The notes below the pieces were generated by a model. The model was not told the origin of the DNA. It saw nothing but the letters and a program-made list of their open reading frames with translations, and ran no database searches. A DNA stretch of 64,000 bases, taken from positions 45,670 to 109,669 of the forward strand of contig NIVC01001117.1 in NCBI GenBank assembly GCA_002269645.1, in the 5' to 3' direction. The stretch is from Macrostomum lignano. Taxonomy: Eukaryota. Of the stretch, positions 56,500 to 64,000 are shown piece by piece (within the stretch, counting starts at the first letter, position 1; every line of letters begins with the position of its first letter). A program made the translations under genes and the position numbers.

Positions 56500-57640
56500 G
56501 ACTCCAGCTAGCTTATTTCACAGTCTGTGTGAACCCAGGTAGCTTATTTCACAGTCTGTGTGACTCCAGGTAGCTTATTTCACAGTCTGTGTGACTCCAG
56601 GTAGCTTATTTCACAGTCTGTGTGACTCCAGGTAGCTTATTTCACAAGTCTCTGTGAATCCAGGTAAGCTTACTTATTACAGACTGAGTGGATACAGGTA
56701 AGCCTAGACAGACTGTGTGAACTCAGGTAAGCCTAGACAGACTGTGTGAACTCAGGTAAGCCTAGACAGACTGTGTGAACTCAGGTAAGCCTAGACAGAC
56801 TGTGTGAACTCAGGTAAGCCTAGACAGACTGTGTGAACTCAGGTAAGCCTAGACAGACTGTGTGAACTCAGGTAAGCCTAGCCTAGACAGACTGTGTGAA
56901 CTCAGGTAAGCCTAGACAGACTGTGTGAACTCAGGTAAGCCTAGACAGACTGTGTGAACTCAGGTAAGCCTAGACAGACTGTGTGAACTCAGGTAAGCCT
57001 AGACAGACTGTGTGAACTCAGGTAAGCCTAGACAGACTGTGTGAACTCAGGTAAGCCTAGACAGACTGTGTGAACTCAGGTAAGCCTAGACAGACTGTGT
57101 GAACTCAGGTAAGCCTAGACAGACTGTGTAAACTCAGGTAAGCCTAGACAGACTGTGTGAACTCAGGTAAGCCTAGACAGACTGTGTGAACTCAGGTAAG
57201 CCTAGACAGACTGTGTGAACTCAGGTAAGCCTAGACAGACTGTGTGAACTCAGGTAAGCCTAGACAGACTGTGTGAACTCAGGTAAGCCTAGACAGACTG
57301 TGTGAACTCAGGTAAGCCTAGACAGACTGTGTGAACTCAGGTAAGCCTAGACAGACTGTGTGAACTCAGGTAAGCCTAGACAGACTGTGTGAACTCAGGT
57401 AAGCCTAGACAGACTGTGTGAACTCAGGTAAGCCTAGACAGACTGTGTGAACTCAGGTAAGCCTAGACAGACTGTGTGAACTCAGGTAAGCCTAGACAGA
57501 CTGTGTGAACTCAGGTAAGCCTAGACAGACTGTGTGAACTCAGGTAAGCCTAGACAGACTGTGTGAACTCAGGTAAGCCTAGACAGACTGTGTGAACTCA
57601 GGTAAGCCTAGACAGACTGTGTGAACTCAGGTAAGCTATA
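56500..57640. repeat. Two related arrays: about 31-bp (tgtgactccaggtagcttatttcacagtctg) then 29-bp (actcaggtaagcctagacagactgtgtga)
   Basis: About 5 plus about 32 units. Confidence 0.95.
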
Positions 57641-58299
57641 TTCTGCACATTAAAAACTTGTTTGTAGCCTCCATCAGCTTGTGATAAAAAGAGCTCTATA
57701 AAATATCGAACACAGACTCTTGAAAGCATACAAACGCACCGGCTGTAATGTTTATGTTAGAAACATTGACTAACTGGAAGTGCTTGATGGCTAAGTAATG
57801 TTTAATCAAACACACACGGCCGGCAGAGGAGCCGTGGCGCCAGGGCCACTCAGTGTTTAGCAACGCTTTTCTATTAATTAGTTTTCCCATTTCAGATGCT
57901 GAAAAAGTTCGCGTCAGTCAGTCAATAGAAAAAACACAGTGCCATATTATTGGGAATTGGCAAACAGTTGATGGCGGCATCAGCTAAAAAGCAAGCAAAA
58001 TAGGCTGGCATATAACTCCTCTAGCTAGTATAAGCCACTCATAATTGATTGAAGAGGCCTTGCCAAACAATAATTTCTGCTTTTATTACTCAATATTTTC
58101 CACCTCTCCATACGAAATGCCAATTCTATTGCTGTTAGTAGACTTTCAAGTGGTTTTGAGTGTAATTAAACTGTCAAATTCATACAGACTGAGTATTATT
58201 ATTTCTAAACAGACTCAGTACTAAGCTCTATTCCGAATATTGATGTTTAGAATTTGTGTGACAGGGAATTAGTGCTAAACATTTGCACCAAAACTGATT

Positions 58300-58788
58300 G
58301 GTGAATTCTGAGATGCCAAGTGGGGAATTCTGAGATGCCAAGTGGGGAATTCTGAAATGCCAAGTGGAGAATTCTGAGATGCCAAGTGGGGAATTCTGCG
58401 ATGCCAAGTGTGGGAATTCTGAGATACCAAGTGGGGAATTCTGAGATGCCAAGTGGGGAATTCTGAGATGCCAAGTGGGGAATTCTGAGATGCCAAGTGG
58501 GGAATTCTGAGATACCAAGTGGGGAATTCTGAGATGCCAAGTGGGGAATTCTGAGATGCCAAGTGTGGGAATTCTGAGATGCCAAGTGGGGAATTCTGAG
58601 ATACCAAGTGGGGAATTCTGAGATGCCAAGTGGGAATTCTGAGATGCCAAGTGGGGAATTCTGAGATGCCAAGTGGGGAATTCTGAGATACCAAGTGGGG
58701 AATTCTGAGATGCCAAGTGGGGAATTCTGAGATGCCAAGTGGGGAATTCTGAGATGCCAAGTGGGGAATTCTGAGATGCCAAGTGGGG
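58300..58788. repeat. 22-bp minisatellite (ggggaattctgagatgccaagt)
   Basis: Direct reading; a degenerate continuation reappears after 63906. Confidence 0.95.
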
Positions 58789-59276
58789 CCTTCCGTTCGA
58801 TCCGGGCCGTCGTCCAGTCCGAAGAGCGCCAGAGGGCTCGGCTGTGGCAGGCGGTGGTCGAAACCGTCCTAATCTACAACGCCGAGACGTGGACGCTGAC
58901 GGCTACGCTGGAGCGGCAGCTGGACTCGGCGCACTCAGGGCTGCTCCGTGCGGCCTTTCGAGCTGACGAGAGTGTCGGGACGAGGCCCTGCACGATCTGC
59001 AGCAGCGCCCGTCCATCATCCTGCGCCGGCGGCGACTTCAACTGGCGGGCCACGTGATCCGGGCCGAGGGCTACTGCCCCCAACCTGTTCAGGACGTCCT
59101 GCTGCTCACCCTGCAGGGCCCGCTCAGGCGGCGGGTCAGGCCCAAACCCATCGATACGTGGACTGCCTCCTACGCGACGCCGGGGCGCCTGACACCGCCA
59201 AAGGCGCGGACTTCGTTCGCTCTCAGGTTCTGCGACGCGCCCTGCTCTGTGAATTTGCTTGCGGGGCTGCGTAATT
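58789..59276 (+). mobile_element. 5'-truncated RTE-clade LINE 3' fragment with (TTG)n tail
   Basis: LWQAVVETVLIYNAETWTLT..LD..LLRAA and RRRRLQLAGHVIR across frameshifts; TSD caagtgggg at 58780-58788 and 63906-63914. Confidence 0.85.
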
Positions 59277-59326
59277 TGTTGTTTTTGTTGTTGTTGTTGT
59301 TGTTGTTTTTGTTGTTGTTGTTTTGT

Positions 59327-59395
<69 letters not shown>
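59277..59395. repeat. (TTG)n tract, left flank of the Ingi-like element
   Basis: Direct reading. Confidence 0.95.
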
Positions 59396-59396
<1 letters not shown>

Positions 59397-62300
59397 GTGT
59401 CTTCGGCGAGAAAACCATTCAGCTGAGCACCGAGGGTGGGCCAGCTGAAGGAATTTTAAAACCTTGGGCTCGTCTTGAAGCGATCTTATTCCTTCCACTC
59501 CACACCGAATCCTGATAGAGTCCCATCTACTACACGTCATCCAGTGGTCTTTCGATTCTTCTTCGTCGCAAAAAGAGCAGTTTCCGGCCGGGTCCAGGCC
59601 CACCTTCTGCCTCCAATAGCTGGTATGCTTGCAGTGCCCACAACGCAGTTGAGCCATCAACACCTCCGTTTTACGGTTTACCGAGCACAGCACCCTCTTT
59701 TCTCCAAACACGGCCTCCAATCTCTTGTCTTCACAGGACGAGCTGGCACCTCTCTTGAGGATCTGCCTCTTGACGCAACTCCAGTCCATGGCCGTGTGAT
59801 CCTGGCACATCCCTCCAGCCGCCTTTGCCTCCTGGTCAGCCTCTTCGTTTCCTTGGATACCGATATGACTCGGATCCACTGTAGCCAGATCTCTGTCCTC
59901 TGGCTGGCACAGCGCAGCCTCCGATGGTGTTGTACATTCTGGCGACAGGGTGTCTTTTCGCCTCTGAGTTTAAGTAGTGCGGACTTGCTGTCCGTGCAGA
60001 TAAGAGCACTGCGGGGCTTTTTTTCCTCGATAAAATCCAGCGCTAACACTAACGCCACTTCTTCCGCCACCAGCGAACTGCAGAACTTACCCGCCGCCGC
60101 TCTACGGACTTCTCTGGCGTTATCCGTGAAGGCCACACACGCCGCTCCTCCATTTTGCTGCCCTCGCCCACAGAGCCGTCAGTGAACAGCCGCATTTCGA
60201 AGACACCGCAAGCCTCGATGGTAGCTTCTGCTTCTTCCAAGAGGTTTTCATCCCCCTTCTTACCACCTCGGATCAGCTCCGTGGAGATCACAACTCCGTC
60301 TCTCTGCAACCTTTTCCAGGGCGGATGTCTCTTACGGATAAAACTTTCACGAGGATGTTGGGACCATTCCAGGCAGGCTCCTCTAGCCTGTTCCTCCAGC
60401 CTTTATTTGCGGCGAGGCGCCTTGTAACATGTTTTTCACTGCAGCTCCTAAGCGGGTCGCCCTCCGGTGCTCGACAGGCTTTTTCCCACGCGATCAGCGC
60501 TCTCCTCCTGCCTTGATCCCTGATAGGTTCGACTCCGGTCTCCAGGTACACCGCCTCGATCGTCGTGGAGCGCACCAGTCCAGCCGCCGTCTGAGACAAT
60601 CCCTTTGGGTCCGTTCAAGCCTATCAAAATTTGAGCTAGACAGCCAGGGGAGCCACGCCGGTGCTCCATACCAGACACAGCTTTCCACGATGCTCTTGTA
60701 CACCAGCAGCAGGTCAGCCGTCCTCCACCCCCAGCTGGTATTCGCCAGGACCCGGATCGCTCGTGCTCTGCGCTTCATCTTTTGGGCCACCTGGTCGGTA
60801 TGCTCGGTGAAAGTCAGACCTCCATCGATGGTGACACCAAGGTATTTCAGCTTCCTGACCGTGGCGATGGGTGGCCCGCGATGCTCAGGCCGATGTCTAT
60901 GGTCTTATCCTTCGGCGCTCTGCTAAAAACGCATGCTTCACACTTTTGCGGATTTAGTTCGATCTTAAGGTCGCGGGCCCAGCGCTCGATCTTGTTGAGC
61001 GCTCGCTGCATGCGGTCACAGGCGCCTTCAACGGTCTGATCCGACGTCCAGATAGCCAGGTCGTCGGCGAATCCTCCATATTCCACTCCTTTTTCCTCGA
61101 GGTCCTTCCAGCCGTTTGCATACAGAAGGAACAGGGCCGGCGAGCTCACTGCTCCCTGGGGGAGGCCCTCCTGGAACCTCCTCCATTTACTGCGACCGTC
61201 TCCGACTCTAACTCTTGCCTGACGACCCTCCAGAAAGCTGGCAAACCATTTAACCAGGTGCGCCGGAGCTCTTTCCTCCATCAACCTGTTTATCAGTTTG
61301 ACTCTCCATACCCTCTCGTACGCCTTAGAGCAGTCCAGGGTTATGGCGATGGTCTTGAGTGGCTTTTTCGCCTCCCATCCGTCTTGGATGTCCTGGACAA
61401 GTCGAATAACTTGTTCCTCGGTGCTGCGGCCTCTCTGGAAGCCCGCCTGCCAGCTCTTAATGATCTTGTTCTCTTCCATCCAGAAATAGAGGCGGTTTGT
61501 CACCATGCGCTCCATCAGCTTTGCACAGGCCGATGTGAGGCTGATTGGGCGGTACGACTCCCGTTTCTTCGGATCTTTTCCGGATTTCAAAAGCGGGATT
61601 ATCTCTGCCTTCTTCCACGTACCGGGGCAGAGATGCTCCGCCCAACTTCTATTGAATAACTTGAGCCATCTTTCCAAACACCGGTCCGGCAGATTTTTAA
61701 GAAAACGCACCTCAATGCCATCGACTCCGCCTTTTTATCCGAGGCCATTTGCTCTAGCGCGTCCGTGAGCTCCTCCATGACGAACGGCACCCCGAAGTCG
61801 GCAGCTTCATTGTACTCACGGAGTCCTTTTGCCACCTGGGCTCGGAGCTTCCTGTCCTCTTTCTCAATCTTGACCTTGCTGTTTCCTGCGTACATGTCCA
61901 CGAACACAGCCGCCTTTTCCTCATCTGTCCTCGCTTCATGGTTTCCTTTCACGATGATCTCATTCGGTATGTTCTCCTCTTTAACCGAGTGAAGCGCTTT
62001 GATGGTTCTCCAGGTGTTCTTGCCGTCGTCTCCTTCCTTAAGGTTTTTGACATGCTCTTTCCAGAAGCTGAGCCTCTTTTCTCTAATCAGCGCGTTCAGC
62101 TGCTTGTTTGCCGCGGTCCAACGCGCGCGGCTGTCCTCATCCCTGCGCGTCTCTGCGTCTCTCTGACGTTGGATCTCTGTCAACTCCTCGTCCCAAAAGG
62201 GCATGTTCCGCCTTGACACTTTCTTTTTAGGCACTCCCTCTTCAGCTGCCTGCACCATCGCTCTACTAAGGTCTTTGGTCTCCTGCGCAATGGATCCGCT

Positions 62301-63833
62301 CGGGGTGGCCTCAAACGCTTCAGCGCACTTTTTTCTGAAAGACGACCAATCCGCTTTCTTCCACGCCCAAGCCAGCCGTATTCGACTGTCCCTAACTTCC
62401 CGCTCCGTCGCCACAGTGATGATGATGGGGTGGTGATCGGAGCTGAGGCCGCGGGTGACTTCCCATTGACAGCGTACCCCCAGGTTTGAAGCCGCCAGGG
62501 ATACGTCTGGGACGCTGTCGTTGCCGGTCCTCCAGTCCGTACGCGTGGCCGCGCCGTCGTTTAGGATCTGATAGTCGAACTCGGCAATCCAGTCCAGCAG
62601 CTCCCTTGAGTCTCTACGGTCCAAGGCGCTCTGGTCTGGGGTGGCTCCCCATTCCTCCGCATGCAGGTTGAAATCTCCAAGGACAATCTCGCGGCTGTCG
62701 GGACGCATCCAACTCCAGACCTCTTCGCTCTCTCTTGCATCCTCTCCTTCCACGCTTCTGACTGGAGGGCGGTATACATTGGTGACTACGACACGCTCTT
62801 TCTTGTTGAGATCGATAACCGTTCTCATGCCTTCCGTGACGCCTCCCTTCCACGCCAGCAGACGTTTGAACGGGATGTTGTGCTTGACAAGCGTGATGAG
62901 GCCTCCTCCCTTAGCTCTTTCACTCCGCCTGATTTCTAGACGGTCTTTTCGCAGGGTGGTATAGCCTCTAAAGCGTGGAGTCTCGCTATTTTCACAGAGC
63001 TTAGATTCTTGAATAACAGCCACGTCGATATCGTGGGCCTCCAGGAAGCCTCCAACTCGGCTCTCTTGGTGTTAATTCCATCAGCATTCCACTGCAATAT
63101 TCGCAGGAACCTCCTGGGTTCTTTTTTCCATCCTTTACTCGCTCCACAGGTAGAACTCGGTTCTTCTGTCGCTGCTTTCTCCTCCGCCATCCTGACCAGG
63201 CGGTTTAGACAGTGCATACAGGTCCAGAGGCCTCTCCTCACTTCGCCATCCAAACAGGCTCTGCTAGCACGAGTGCACTTGTTGTGGAAGAGGCCCATGC
63301 ACTCTTTGCAGCGCGCAATAACCTTCGTCACTTTGAGTTTGCTCTTGCAGCCCGGTGCTGCACACCTCTCACCGTTTTTTGATTTCCTCCGCCGCTGCTT
63401 CCCACCGCTTACGGTCTTCGTCGGCGTCTTCCTTCTCCCATTCTCTGTCCAGGGTGCAATGGGGGCAGCGCCACTCTCTATTTGCTTCTCTGACTTTCTT
63501 TTGGATGCACGGTGAGCCCTGTGCACGATCCATGGAACACTCGATCGCACTCCGTGCAGTTGGTGGGGTTTGCCCGAAGTGAGCACCTTGCCACATTTGG
63601 CGCAGGGGCCTGGATTTCTCTCTACGTCACTAGCCACTGGGATGACTTCACTCGCTCGCCAGCCCGTTCTGAGCTCCGGTTCTTCCGCTTCCATCCTGTT
63701 GTAATAACTTCTTTCTATCCCCAGGTTTTCCGAGTTGACCCAGCTGTTTCGTTTGTCCGGAGTGGTCTCCGGCTCCCGTCCGCCGAGTATCCTATGTTTA
63801 GGTCTACGAGAGGCCGCCAGGTCATAGGACGGG
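59396..63833 (-). mobile_element. Near-full-length Ingi/I-group LINE: 2A-like peptide, 2 PHD fingers, APE, RT, RNase H, CCHC; many 1-nt frameshifts
   Basis: SDVERNPGP; C..C..FHNKC..WTCMHC; ILQWNADG, IQESKL, GDFNLH, SDHHPI; YRPISLTS, GLPQGAVSSP, FADDLAIW; FTDGS, TDSKS, SHIGIQGNEEAD; CSFC..ESKDHWMTC. Confidence 0.9.
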
Positions 63834-63853
63834 TGTTGTTGTTGTTGTGTTGT

Positions 63854-63905
<52 letters not shown>
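63834..63905. repeat. (TTG)n tract, right flank of the Ingi-like element
   Basis: Direct reading. Confidence 0.95.
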
Positions 63906-64000
63906 CAAGTGGGGAAAGCTGAGATGCGAGGCTCGTAGGGAATGGCTTATATTGGACATTGAATGGCAGTAAAGAAAGAAAATAGGCGCTTCCACTACTT

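Noticed and set aside
63720-63833. Pr77-like HDV ribozyme at the Ingi 5' end
   Set aside because: P1 (cccgtcc/ggacggg), P4, CGAA and P2 candidates exist, but no P3/L3 of correct size adjoins P1; not supportable by eye, though an Infernal check is still worthwhile

Overview
Eukaryotic, repeat-saturated animal genomic DNA: GC-rich exons, GT-AG introns, and a minisatellite in most long introns. The style suggests a free-living flatworm such as Macrostomum, but that is inference only. Most long ORFs in the supplied track are artefacts of tandem repeats. Splicing by hand gives eight genes. (1) A 3-exon kinase-less TGF-beta receptor-like (BAMBI-like) gene, + 2412-5020. (2) A 10-exon SP-CUBx3-LDLa-TM gene, - 7312-20484, with one frameshift and one in-frame TGA. 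(3) An intronless Pickel/Sinuous-type claudin, - 22668-23480. (4-7) A co-oriented + strand run: HDDC2-like (with a second, degenerate HD repeat), PPOX, CUTA and a small protein made essentially of a Rap1 C-terminal (RCT) domain; this is a candidate SL-trans-spliced operon. (8) A 3-exon DEG/ENaC channel, - 49836-54201, with TGA at a conserved Cys plus a frameshift. Mobile elements: an intact full-length LOA/R1-group LINE with an 11-bp TSD; an Ingi-like LINE (2A-like peptide, PHD, APE, RT, RNase H) nested in the (TTG)n tail of a truncated RTE; tRNA-SINEs; MITEs; a mariner relic. Best leads: the RCT-only mini-Rap1, the operon with an ATG-less CUTA, the tandem HD/pseudo-HD protein, a 3' RNA fold shared by the LINE and short retroposons, and the (CAA)n-targeted 2A-bearing LINE. 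All homology calls are from recalled motifs; no database searches were run, and repeat boundaries and copy numbers are approximate.
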